This document shows, in pieces, positions 41,186 through 50,372 of a stretch of 64,000 nucleotides of DNA (position 1 is the first letter of the stretch; every line of letters starts with the position of its first letter). The DNA is from Elusimicrobiota bacterium (lineage in GTDB: Bacteria > Elusimicrobiota > Elusimicrobia > UBA1565 > JACRDR01), in the NCBI GenBank assembly GCA_041694815.1, contig JBGFSC010000018.1:1-64000 (forward strand), in the 5' to 3' direction. Position numbers and translations under genes: made by a program. Below the pieces are notes generated by a model. That model saw nothing but the letters and a program-made list of their open reading frames with translations, made no database searches and was not told the origin of the DNA.

Positions 41186-42871
41186 TTATATATCAAATGC
41201 GCCTGAGAACGCCGACTCAAGCTTGGCGAGGAATTCGGAGGCGGAGGAGATGCGCCGGTCGGGATCGGGCTGGAGCGCCCCGTCGATGAGCGCGTCGATG
41301 GCGCTTGGCAGGCCGCGCCGGCGCCGCGAGGGGCGTGTGAAATCCATCGCGAGCTTCGCCGAGGAGGTGACCGGAGCCGCGAAGGGACGATCTCCGGTCA
41401 GCATCTCGTAAAGGCAGGCTCCCAGGGAATAGAGGTCGGATTCCTTGCGGACGATTCCCAGCTCGGCCTCCGGCGCCATGTAAAAGGGGGTACCGACGAT
41501 GGTCTGCGTGATGCCCGCCTTCTCTGCGGCCTCCTTGGCGCGGCGGGCGATGCCGAAATCCATCACCTTGATCTCCCCGCCCAGTCCCCACATGATATTG
41601 GAGGGCTTAAGGTCCCTATGGACGATGTGCCGTTGATGGGCGAAATCGAGCGCGTCGCAGACGCCGCGCATAACGTGGAGGGTCTGCGCGGCGCCGAGAG
41701 CCCCGTCCTTGGCCAGGATCTCCTCGAGGGTGCGACCCTCGACGAATTCGAAGACCAGGCAAAGTTCCCGGGCATGTTCGAGCACGGCGTGGATCGAGAC
41801 GATGGAGGGGTGGCGTAACGAACCAACCAAGCGGGCCTCCTGCAGGAAACGCTCGCGCTCCTTGGCGTCAAGACGGATTTCGTCGCGCATGCGCTTGATG
41901 GCGACCCTACGCCCCATGGAGGTGTCGAGAGCCTCGTAGACGATGCCCATTCCACCGCGCCCGATCGTCCGGAGCAATTGAAAGTGGCCTATGGTCTCGA
42001 CGCCGGCCGGAGCCCCGCGGCGGGCGCAGTCGAGCACCCATAGGAGCACCGCTCCCAGGGCTAGTAGCGTGGCGGCCGCCAGCTGGACCCAGTCGCGCCC
42101 GCGCGCCGGCGCCGCGGCGGCCGGAGCGGGTTCCATGGAATTCTCCCGAGGAAGGGCGTGCTTTTCGATCGCCCGCCGATAGGCGGCGTCGAAGCGCGGG
42201 TCGAGGGAGACGGCCCGCTGATAATCCGAGAACATGGCCGGTAGATTGCCTAATTTCTCATGCGTGCGCGCGCGCACGGCGTAGGCGGAGCCGTCGGCGG
42301 CCTGCAGCCGAATCGATCGGGTGGAGTCGTTAAGGGCGTCCCGGTATCGCCCCAATTCCAGCATGGCCTCGGCGCGGGCATCCAAGGCGAGGGAGTTGGT
42401 CGGCTCCAGGTCGAGGGCCCTCTCGGCGTCGAGCACCGCCTTTTCCCATTCCCCCGCCGCGCAATAGGCCAACGCGCGCAGGCCATAGGCTTGGGCGTCC
42501 TTATCATTGGCCGCTATGGCCTTGCTCGTCTCGAGTACGGAGCCCCAAGGATCCTCCAGGTCCACGCGGGCCCCCGAGCGCTTGTTGAAGGCGAGTTGGG
42601 CATAATCGGCCGGAGAGAGCTCGGGGGGGGCCTCCGCCGTTTTCTCGGGCGAGGGCTGCGTCTCGAGCCTGCTCTCGGCTAAGCGCAGCGTGGTCCAGGC
42701 GACCGCATCGTTGCGGTCGACGCCCAAGGCGCGCCGCGCGTCGGCGGCCGCGAGCCGGTAGCGGCCGGATCGGTAATGGGCTACGGCGCTGGCGCTGGGG
42801 TCTGCGAACCTCTCTTGGGAGAACGCGGAGGGGGCCAGCAGAAAAAGGGAAAGCAATATCCGTTCGGGCAT
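41186..42871 (-). CDS. TPR-containing membrane Ser/Thr protein kinase
   Basis: Signal peptide, TPRs and one TM helix, then GRGGMG, VAIK, HRDLKPSN, DFG, GTPFYMAPE. Confidence 0.93.
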   Translation of the reverse strand: MPERILLSLFLLAPSAFSQERFADPSASAVAHYRSGRYRLAAADARRALGVDRNDAVAWTTLRLAESRLETQPSPEKTAEAPPELSPADYAQLAFNKRSGARVDLEDPWGSVLETSKAIAANDKDAQAYGLRALAYCAAGEWEKAVLDAERALDLEPTNSLALDARAEAMLELGRYRDALNDSTRSIRLQAADGSAYAVRARTHEKLGNLPAMFSDYQRAVSLDPRFDAAYRRAIEKHALPRENSMEPAPAAAAPARGRDWVQLAAATLLALGAVLLWVLDCARRGAPAGVETIGHFQLLRTIGRGGMGIVYEALDTSMGRRVAIKRMRDEIRLDAKERERFLQEARLVGSLRHPSIVSIHAVLEHARELCLVFEFVEGRTLEEILAKDGALGAAQTLHVMRGVCDALDFAHQRHIVHRDLKPSNIMWGLGGEIKVMDFGIARRAKEAAEKAGITQTIVGTPFYMAPEAELGIVRKESDLYSLGACLYEMLTGDRPFAAPVTSSAKLAMDFTRPSRRRRGLPSAIDALIDGALQPDPDRRISSASEFLAKLESAFSGAFDI

Positions 42872-43010
42872 GGGGTGTGACACTAGTCTAGGGCCCATCC
42901 TGATTCCTGTCAAGGGGTCGGCGCCGCAGCCATTATTTGCTCATCGGCGCCACCCCGCCCTCATGATATTCCTTGTAAAATGATAGAATAACGACGTTCG
43001 TGTTTTAGGC

Positions 43011-43541
43011 ATGCAACAAGACATAGGGATCGAGTTCCTCAAAGCACTCAACCGTTATTTCACTCCCGTCGCCATCGGAGTCGTCCTTTTGGCGGTGCTT
43101 TGCACCCCTGAGTTGCCGAAGCCGATCTTCGCGGCCTCCATGGCCTTAATCGTGGCCTCCGTCGCGTTCAATACAATCTCGGCCGTCTACATCATTGAGC
43201 ATCCCTCCACCTGGCGCACGGGCGGGTACGTCCGAGTCGCGGTGAACCTGGCCTTCAGCGCGGCATGCTACCTTCTCTTGAGAAGCTATTGGCCGATGAT
43301 TTGGGTGTTGTTTTCGCTCGGGCCCGTGGCCATGGCCTTCTACGGCGATGTGTCGGAGACCTTCGCCACCCTGTTGGCCGTCGCTCTGGTCATGGGAGGG
43401 CGGTTGTGGTGGGAGCAAAACCAGGATCCGCGCGCCTGGGGCGAGGCGGGGCTACAGCTGTTCTACATCCTATTGCTCAGCCTATTCCTCATCCGGGTCG
43501 CGCAGCTCATCCGCAAGGAAAAATCCGCGCGCCGGGTATGA
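43011..43541 (+). CDS. Small polytopic membrane protein
   Basis: 176 aa with about six hydrophobic segments; ATGA overlap with the next gene. Confidence 0.75.
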   Translation: MQQDIGIEFLKALNRYFTPVAIGVVLLAVLCTPELPKPIFAASMALIVASVAFNTISAVYIIEHPSTWRTGGYVRVAVNLAFSAACYLLLRSYWPMIWVLFSLGPVAMAFYGDVSETFATLLAVALVMGGRLWWEQNQDPRAWGEAGLQLFYILLLSLFLIRVAQLIRKEKSARRV

Positions 43542-44680
43542 GGTCCTTCGATGTCGCGGTGGTTGGTGGAGGCATTTTCGGTGCCTGCGCCGCCTACCAT
43601 CTCGCGCGGCGCGGGCGCAAGGTCGTGCTCATCGACCAGTACGAGATCCCCAATTCCTGGGCGGCCTCCAGCGATCACGCGCTCGTGTTCCGTTGCAGCT
43701 ACGGCAAGGACACCTTCTACACCGACCTGGCGATGCGCGCCTTGGGCCTATGGAAGGATTTTCAGAAAGACGCCAAGGAGGAGCTCTACCAGCCCGTCGG
43801 CGCGCTCGACATCGCCGTCAAGGATAAGGGGTACGAAGAAGACTGCTACCAATCGCTTAAGTCCGTCGGATTACCCGTTTTCAAGTGGGATCCGAAAGAG
43901 ACGCATGAACGTTACCGTATTTTCAATCCCCGCTCTCTTCGCTTTTCGGTCTACCACCCTGACGGAGGATTGCTCTGGGCCCAGCGAGCGGTGGCGGCCT
44001 ACGCGGCCGCGGCCGCCCGGCACGGCGTCCGCCGGGTGGAAAAAACAAAGGTGAACGCCGTCCTCAGGCGCAAGGCCGATGGGATCACGGGCTTGAGGGA
44101 TTCCAACGGGAAGGTTTGGGAAGCGGGGGCTTATGTCTTCGCCGCGGGCCCTTGGACTCGTGAGATGCTTTCCGCCTATGGGTTACCGTTGAAGGTGACG
44201 CGTCAGGAGCTCTTATACCTGCGTCCTCCGAACAACCAGGGACGCTACCGCCCCGCCCATTGTCCCCCGTTCTCGGTGCGTGCCAAGGGCTTCTACGGCC
44301 TACCCGTCCACATCCACGGCTTCATGAAAATCGGGGATGCCCGAGCCGGCAAGCCCGGCAAGCCCGGCCCGGGGTCCCAGGGGCTGAGCCCGTCTTTCGA
44401 ACGAGCCTGCCGCGCTTTTCTCAAGAAGACGATCCCTGACCTGGCCTCCTTCAGCGAGACCGAGGGCAAGATCGGCTTCCATGACCGGACGCCGGACGGA
44501 GATTTCATCGTCGACCGGCTTCCGGACGCCAACGGCTTCGTCGCCGCCGGCTTCTCCGACCACGGCTTCAAGTTCGGACCCCTGATAGGCAAGACCCTCG
44601 CCGAGCTCATCATCGACGGCAAGACGGAGATCAACCTACAGCGCTTCCGCCTCGGCCGTTTCCGCCTTAAAATCCGTTGA
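43538..44680 (+). CDS. FAD-dependent amine oxidase (monomeric sarcosine oxidase/SolA-like)
   Basis: VVGGGIFG, AAGPW, TPDGDFIVD, GFSDHGFKFGPLIG. Confidence 0.88.
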   Translation: MRSFDVAVVGGGIFGACAAYHLARRGRKVVLIDQYEIPNSWAASSDHALVFRCSYGKDTFYTDLAMRALGLWKDFQKDAKEELYQPVGALDIAVKDKGYEEDCYQSLKSVGLPVFKWDPKETHERYRIFNPRSLRFSVYHPDGGLLWAQRAVAAYAAAAARHGVRRVEKTKVNAVLRRKADGITGLRDSNGKVWEAGAYVFAAGPWTREMLSAYGLPLKVTRQELLYLRPPNNQGRYRPAHCPPFSVRAKGFYGLPVHIHGFMKIGDARAGKPGKPGPGSQGLSPSFERACRAFLKKTIPDLASFSETEGKIGFHDRTPDGDFIVDRLPDANGFVAAGFSDHGFKFGPLIGKTLAELIIDGKTEINLQRFRLGRFRLKIR

Positions 44681-44702
44681 AGGCGGCCGTCGCGCCGCTT
44701 GG

Positions 44703-45167
44703 TTAAGCTCCCTTTAAAAAGGACTGGGCCTGGCGCAGGTAATTCAAAGCGACGGCCAAGTCCTTATAAGGGATACGCACCCCTTTTTTGGACCATCCCT
44801 TATAGCTGCCGTCGTCGATCCACTCACGTAGGTCTATCCCGGTCGCGTCCTTGAAGATCGTGACGCGCACAACGAACTCACAGCCCGCCTTTTTGGGAAA
44901 TCGGGCGAGCTCTGTCTCCTCGAGCGCCTGGGGCTCGGGGGGGAGCTTGGCGAGGGCTCCCAGCACCTCCGACAAGAGATTCGCGTTTAGGGTCACCCCA
45001 GCCTTGGTCGGCCCGCTGTAGCCTTCCCGACGGAGGAAGGTGCGTATCGAGGCGTACTTGTAGCCGCGGTATTCGTCCACATAGAACTTGATTTCTGATT
45101 CCGGCGAGCTGCTGAGCGATCCGAACTCCTTAAGCGGCTTGAACGGCGCGGATTCCATAGCGTTCAT
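44703..45167 (-). CDS. Tandem PC4/YdbC-like ssDNA-binding protein
   Basis: Two PC4-like motifs: DEYRGYKYASIRTF..PTKAGVTL and TIFKDATGIDLREW..SKKGVRI. Confidence 0.75.
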   Translation of the reverse strand: MNAMESAPFKPLKEFGSLSSSPESEIKFYVDEYRGYKYASIRTFLRREGYSGPTKAGVTLNANLLSEVLGALAKLPPEPQALEETELARFPKKAGCEFVVRVTIFKDATGIDLREWIDDGSYKGWSKKGVRIPYKDLAVALNYLRQAQSFLKGA

Positions 45168-45232
45168 GAGTTCCTCCTACCACAAGTACGAACGAGGGCC
45201 GGATTAGTTCCAAGCATACCATAAACATTTGT

Positions 45233-46777
45233 ATGATGGCCCTCCCCGTGGAGTCCTTGGCGCTACAGCTGTCGATCACCGCCGCCCTTATAGCCCTCAA
45301 CGCCTGCTTTGTGCTCGCCGAGATATCGATCGTGCGGGTTCGTTCCTCGAGTATCGAGCTTTTGGCGCGAAAGGGAGCCAGGGGCGCGGCGCGCGTCCAA
45401 AACATGCTTGAGAATCTCGACGTTTACCTTTCCGCCGTGCAGATGGGAATCACTATGACGAGCCTGGGGCTAGGATGGGTGGGGGAGCCCGCGGTGGCGC
45501 GACTGCTCGAGGGTTTCTTGCAGGACCTACCCATGCCGGCAGGCAAGGTCTTCACTCACGGCCTTTCGTTGGCATTGGCTTTTGGCGTCATCACCTTCCT
45601 ACACATCGTCTTGGGCGAGCTGATGCCTCGCTCGATCGCAATCCAATACGCGGAACTTATCAGCCTCTGGACCTCGTTTCCCTTAAGGGTCTTCTACCTC
45701 ATATTCAAGATCCCTACGAACTTCATGGCCAATGTTTCGATGTGGCTGCTCAGCCTGATGCGCATCAAGCCTGCCTCGGAGGCCGAAACGCGGCTTTCGG
45801 AAGAGGAGATGCGATTTTTGCTCGGGAGCGCGGAGGATAAGGGAGGGGTCTCGCTCGAAAGGTTGATGTTGTTAGAAAACGTTTTCGACTTCGGCGAGGC
45901 CAAGGTTTCGGAAGCGATGACCCCGCAATTCAAGATTGCCTACCTCTCATTGGCTAAATCCTGGAGCGAGAATCTCGCCGTCATACGCGAAAGGCGCTAT
46001 TCCCGCTACCCGCTTTGCGAGAAGGATCTCGAGTCCCCGATCGGGCTCCTCCATATCAAGGACCTAGCCTTGAGCGCCATGGATGGCCGGGGAAAGGAAC
46101 CGGACCTCAAAAAGCTCAGGCGCGACATCGTGGAGGTCTCGCCCGGGGAATCCCTGCACAAACTGCTTAAGATATTCCCCGATCGCGGCATACAGATGGC
46201 GCTGGTGCGCAACCCATCCGGAGGCGTCGCGGGGCTCCTTACCCTGGAGGACATACTCGAGGAGATCGTCGGCGAGATCCACGACGAGTTCGACCTGCCG
46301 CACGCATGGTCGCTCATGGACGTCGTCGTCCCCTCGGCGGTGGATGTCTCGCTCGACGCGCACGACCGGGAGGGGGCCATCCGGCGCCTGACTGAAAAAT
46401 TAGGAGCCGCCGAGCCCTCGCTCGATGTCGAAGAGGCGGTGCGCCTCGCCTGGGAACGGGAAACGAAATTCTCCAGCGCGGTGGGGCATGGGGTGGCCGT
46501 GCCGCATGCCAGAATCTTTCGCCTTCCGCGGCCCTTGGTGGCGATCGGACGCTCGACCAAGGCCCTGCCCTTCCCCGCGCCGGACAAAGCCCCCGTGCGC
46601 CTCGTGTTCTTGATCCTGACCCCCGCCTCCGCCCCCGTATCGCAGCTCAAGATACTGGCCCGCGTGGCCTCGCTCATGTCGAACGAGAACGTGCGTCGGC
46701 GCCTGCTGCGCGCTAAAACCGAGGAGCACTTGCTCGATATGTTGCGCACGGCCGACACCGTTTTGGCGTCGCCGTAA
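45233..46777 (+). CDS. CNNM (DUF21)-CBS hemolysin-family protein fused to a PTS EIIA type-2 domain
   Basis: NACFVLAE, QMGIT..LGWVGEP, GELMPR, YSRYP, TLEDILEEIVGEIHDEFD; C-terminal WERE..S.AVGHGVAVPHAR. Confidence 0.9.
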   Translation: MMALPVESLALQLSITAALIALNACFVLAEISIVRVRSSSIELLARKGARGAARVQNMLENLDVYLSAVQMGITMTSLGLGWVGEPAVARLLEGFLQDLPMPAGKVFTHGLSLALAFGVITFLHIVLGELMPRSIAIQYAELISLWTSFPLRVFYLIFKIPTNFMANVSMWLLSLMRIKPASEAETRLSEEEMRFLLGSAEDKGGVSLERLMLLENVFDFGEAKVSEAMTPQFKIAYLSLAKSWSENLAVIRERRYSRYPLCEKDLESPIGLLHIKDLALSAMDGRGKEPDLKKLRRDIVEVSPGESLHKLLKIFPDRGIQMALVRNPSGGVAGLLTLEDILEEIVGEIHDEFDLPHAWSLMDVVVPSAVDVSLDAHDREGAIRRLTEKLGAAEPSLDVEEAVRLAWERETKFSSAVGHGVAVPHARIFRLPRPLVAIGRSTKALPFPAPDKAPVRLVFLILTPASAPVSQLKILARVASLMSNENVRRRLLRAKTEEHLLDMLRTADTVLASP

Positions 46778-46791
46778 GGTAAAATAAAATA

Positions 46792-47736
46792 GTGGCCGGC
46801 CAAAAATCCGATGGGACCCACCTGCCTCCCTGCATCCTGGTCGCCGACGACGACCCGGGGATACGCGACGTGCTGCGCGACATGCTAGAGCGCGCCGGCT
46901 TTCGGGTGGCCATGGCCAAGGACGGTGAGGAGGCCCTCAAGGGCGTCGCCGACGAGAAACCGGATTTGATGCTGCTCGACGTGGACATGCCCAGGAAAAA
47001 TGGTTGGCAGGTGGTGCAGGAGCTCAAGGGCGATCCCATCCGCCAGCACCTGCCGGTGCTGCTCTTGACCTCCATGGCGCAGACGCAGAACAAGGTCCAC
47101 GGCCTGGAACTGGGGGCCAACGATTACATCACCAAGCCGTTTAATCCCCGCGAGCTGTTGGCCCGCGTGCAGGGCGTGCTCAAGCAGACGCGGCTGGAGC
47201 TGGAGGCCAACCCGCTCAGCCGCCTACCGGGGAACCCCTCCATCGACCGCGAGATAGACGCGCGCATACGCTCGGGGGCCAAATTCGCGGTGCTCTATTG
47301 CGACTTGAACAATTTCAAGGCGTACAACGACTATTATGGCTTCAAGCGCGGCGACGAAATCATCCAGAAAGCGGCCCAGGTGCTGCTGGCCGTCCGTGCC
47401 CCCGGGGATTTCGTGGGCCATGTGGGCGGCGACGATTTCATCCTGGTCACCAAGCCTCAATTGGCCGAATCGATGTGCCGCAGGATCATCGCCGAGTTCG
47501 CCAAGGCCGCCCCGAGCTTTTACGACCCGATCGCGCGCAAGAAGGGCTACATAGAAGTAGCCGATCGGCAGGGCCATATGATGCGTTTTCCTCTGGTGGG
47601 ATTTTCGGTCGGCGCCGTCAGCAACGCGACCCGCCCGCTCAAGTCCTTGGGCCAGGTCGCGGCCCTCGGTACCGAGATGAAGAAATACGCCAAGAAAGCC
47701 GCCTCCTCCTACGTGTTCGACCGCCGGACGAATTGA
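46792..47736 (+). CDS. Response regulator with GGDEF-type domain (GGDDF)
   Basis: REC (DD, LLDVDMP, KPF), then NPLSRLPGN, DLNNFKAYND.YG..GD, HVGGDDF. Confidence 0.9.
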   Translation: MAGQKSDGTHLPPCILVADDDPGIRDVLRDMLERAGFRVAMAKDGEEALKGVADEKPDLMLLDVDMPRKNGWQVVQELKGDPIRQHLPVLLLTSMAQTQNKVHGLELGANDYITKPFNPRELLARVQGVLKQTRLELEANPLSRLPGNPSIDREIDARIRSGAKFAVLYCDLNNFKAYNDYYGFKRGDEIIQKAAQVLLAVRAPGDFVGHVGGDDFILVTKPQLAESMCRRIIAEFAKAAPSFYDPIARKKGYIEVADRQGHMMRFPLVGFSVGAVSNATRPLKSLGQVAALGTEMKKYAKKAASSYVFDRRTN

Positions 47737-48650
47737 TGGGATATATCCTCGTCACCGACGACGACCCACACATACGCTCGCTCCTGCGCGATGTGCTCGA
47801 GGCCGCCGGCTACCGCGTGGAGACCGCCGCCGACGGCGCCGAGGCATTGGAGAGGGTCGCCCGCGAGGCGCCGGAGCTGATGCTGCTCGACGTGGAGATG
47901 CCGCAGATGAACGGTTGGGAGGTGGTCGGGCGCATGAAGGCCGACACGCTCCTGCAGCACGTGCCGGTGCTGCTGTTGACCTCGCTTTCGCGCGCGCAGG
48001 ACAAGGTCCAGGGCTTGGACCTCGGCGCCGATGATTACCTGACCAAACCTTTCAACTCGGCCGAGCTCTTGGCCAGGGTGCGCGGCGCGCTCAAGCGCCG
48101 CACGATTGGTTTAGACGCCAATCCCCTGAGCCATCTTCCGGGCAACGCCGCCATCGAGCGCGAGATCAACGCGCGCATCCAATCGGGCGCCAAGTTCGCC
48201 GTACTCTACTGCGACCTGAACAATTTCAAGGCCTTCAACGATTATTACGGGTTCAAGCGGGGAGACGAGGTGATCCAGAAGACCGCCCGGATGCTTCTCG
48301 CCGCGCGGCTGCCGGGCGATTTCGTGGGGCACGTGGGAGGCGACGACTTCATCTTCGTCACCGAACTCGCGCGTGCCGAACCGGCATGCAGGAAGATAGT
48401 ATCCGATTTCGAGAATGCGGCCCCCGGGCTCTATGACGCGAAGGATCGCGAGAAGGGGTATATCGAGGTAGCGGATCGACAGGGCAATCTAGGGCGCTTC
48501 CCGTTGGTAGGCATCGCGATCGGTGGCGTGAGCAACGAGCATCGGCCGCTCTCCTCGGTCGGCCAGATCAGCGAACTGGGCGCCGAGATGAAAAAATTCG
48601 TCAAACGCAACCCGCGATCCTCGTACGGCTTCGACCGCCGCGTCGATTAG
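47736..48650 (+). CDS. Response regulator with GGDEF-type domain (tandem paralogue)
   Basis: Same architecture; TGATG coupling; HVGGDDF. Confidence 0.9.
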   Translation: MGYILVTDDDPHIRSLLRDVLEAAGYRVETAADGAEALERVAREAPELMLLDVEMPQMNGWEVVGRMKADTLLQHVPVLLLTSLSRAQDKVQGLDLGADDYLTKPFNSAELLARVRGALKRRTIGLDANPLSHLPGNAAIEREINARIQSGAKFAVLYCDLNNFKAFNDYYGFKRGDEVIQKTARMLLAARLPGDFVGHVGGDDFIFVTELARAEPACRKIVSDFENAAPGLYDAKDREKGYIEVADRQGNLGRFPLVGIAIGGVSNEHRPLSSVGQISELGAEMKKFVKRNPRSSYGFDRRVD

Positions 48651-48651
48651 C

Positions 48652-50298
48652 TTAGTGGACAAGGTTGACGGCAGGCGCCGTTTTGTAGTCCGGCCGCAAA
48701 CGGATCGCCTCGAGCAGATGGCGGCGAGCTTCTTTTTTCTTGCCGCGCGTCATGTGCAAAATGCCGAGATTGAAATGAGCGGGGGCGAAATCCGGGCGAT
48801 CGGCCAGCACGGATTCCAGAAGGCTTTGCGCCTCGCGCCAGCGTTTTTGTCTGGCGAAGGCTATCGCCTGATTGGTGAGGGCCTCCGGGTCGCGGGGATC
48901 CATTCGTAAGATCGCTTGGTACTGCGCGTTCGCGCAGTTAAAATCCCCTTGATGCTCGCAGATCACTCCGAGATTCAGGCGGGCCTGCCTATCCGATGGC
49001 ATCAAGCGCAGCGCCGCCTCATAATGCGGCCGGGCGGCCGATTCGTTCCCGCGATTAAAAAGCTCGGTGGCCAGATTGGACCGGGCCAGATAGCAGTCCG
49101 GATCGAGCGACAAGACATGCTCCCAGAGCGCCGTCGAATCGCGCCAGACGGGAAGCTGCCGGCGCGTGAGAAGCCCGAGTCCCATGAGCAGGGCCGCGCC
49201 GATGACAAAGAATTTCCTCATGGCGATTGCCGCGCCGGCCAAAAGGGCGAATGGCAGACAGGCTAAATACGTATAGCGATCAGCCGCGATCTGAGGGCCG
49301 TTTTGGAAAAGGCCCGATACCGGCACCAGCGTCAGGAGGTAGACGGTCCATAGCAATGGCGGCCAGACGAGACGCCTGAAGCGAAAGCAGAGCGCCCAAA
49401 CAGCGCCCGCAAGGGCCGCTAAGAGCATGATGGGGGGAGTCCAGGGATCGGGCGGCAAAGGATAGAGGGGCGACAGGCGAAACGGGAGCAGGGTTTTGAT
49501 CGCGTAGAAGGACGCGTCGAAAAGAAAGACGACGATACGTTCCGCTGCGCCGTAGTCGCTGCCCGCGAGTTCCGATCCGAAACCCATCAGGTTCACGGAG
49601 GCGAACGCCGCGGCCAGGCCGGCGAAAGGAATCTTCTCAAGCCATACAGAACGGTATCCCCGGCGCGCCCAGAGCCGCGGGTCCAAAGGGAGGCGCTTGA
49701 GCGGGAATATATCCAGAGCGATGATGAACCAAAGAAGAGCCAGGCTATTTCCCTTGGAGAGCAAAGCCAGCAGGAAAGCAAACAGGGAGAGCCGCACTTG
49801 CTTGCGGAGATACGCCGATAAGGCCCAAAGGAAGAAGAAGCCGGAGAGCACATCGCGGCGCTCGGTGACCCAGGCCACCGATTCAACCCGCAGCGGGTGC
49901 AGCGAAAAAAACAGGGATGCGAAGAACGCTCCGGCAGCCGTCTGCTTATACCCGAGCGTCAAGAAAAAGGAACGCGCGAAGAAGAACAATAGTGCGGCGT
50001 TGCAGGAATGAAGGATGATGTTGAGCAGATGGTACCCAAAGGGGTCCAACCCGCCGATCGAATAATTGAGGGCGTAGGAAAGCCAGCTCAACGGCTGATA
50101 AGGCCCTTGGAAATGCGTGGAGAACATCCAGAGGATGTTTTCGAGGCCGAATCCCCGGTAATGGGCGTTGGCGACCAAGGTATCGCGATCGTCCCAGCCC
50201 AGGAAGGGATAGTGGACAGCCGGCAGAAAAATAAGAAGGGTCAGGACGCCCGCCGCGGCGGCGAGCAGTCGCCAATCGGGGATTCGCCGGATTTCGAT
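48652..50298 (-). CDS. TMTC-like membrane glycosyltransferase with C-terminal TPRs (start codon non-canonical or uncertain)
   Basis: FLGWDD, YQPLSWLS, YHLLNIILH, HPLRVESVAWVTERRDVL, ADRYTYL, TPRs. The frame is open back to a stop at 50308-50310. Confidence 0.85.
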   Translation of the reverse strand: MEIRRIPDWRLLAAAAGVLTLLIFLPAVHYPFLGWDDRDTLVANAHYRGFGLENILWMFSTHFQGPYQPLSWLSYALNYSIGGLDPFGYHLLNIILHSCNAALLFFFARSFFLTLGYKQTAAGAFFASLFFSLHPLRVESVAWVTERRDVLSGFFFLWALSAYLRKQVRLSLFAFLLALLSKGNSLALLWFIIALDIFPLKRLPLDPRLWARRGYRSVWLEKIPFAGLAAAFASVNLMGFGSELAGSDYGAAERIVVFLFDASFYAIKTLLPFRLSPLYPLPPDPWTPPIMLLAALAGAVWALCFRFRRLVWPPLLWTVYLLTLVPVSGLFQNGPQIAADRYTYLACLPFALLAGAAIAMRKFFVIGAALLMGLGLLTRRQLPVWRDSTALWEHVLSLDPDCYLARSNLATELFNRGNESAARPHYEAALRLMPSDRQARLNLGVICEHQGDFNCANAQYQAILRMDPRDPEALTNQAIAFARQKRWREAQSLLESVLADRPDFAPAHFNLGILHMTRGKKKEARRHLLEAIRLRPDYKTAPAVNLVH

Positions 50299-50330
50299 GC
50301 CGTTACGTTAACAAATAAGCCGGATGCAGC

Positions 50331-50365
50331 GGAACGCGGTGTCGGCGGGTCCGGCACCGCGTTCC
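50331..50365. terminator. GC-rich hairpin downstream of the 50373-51074 gene
   Basis: GGAACGCGGTGTCGG / CCGGCACCGCGTTCC (14/15 pairs); no U-tract. Confidence 0.5.
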
Positions 50366-50372
50366 ATGGCCG

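Noticed and set aside
42883..42896. Possible regulon box upstream of the Ser/Thr kinase
   Set aside because: Spacer is 3 bp, it is a single copy, and it lies too close to the start to match the shared geometry.
33401..48650. N-terminal extensions in track ORFs starting at 33401, 39037, 43265 and 47298
   Set aside because: The extensions overlap upstream genes out of frame; coupled starts at 33665, 38692, 43538 and 47736 fit better.
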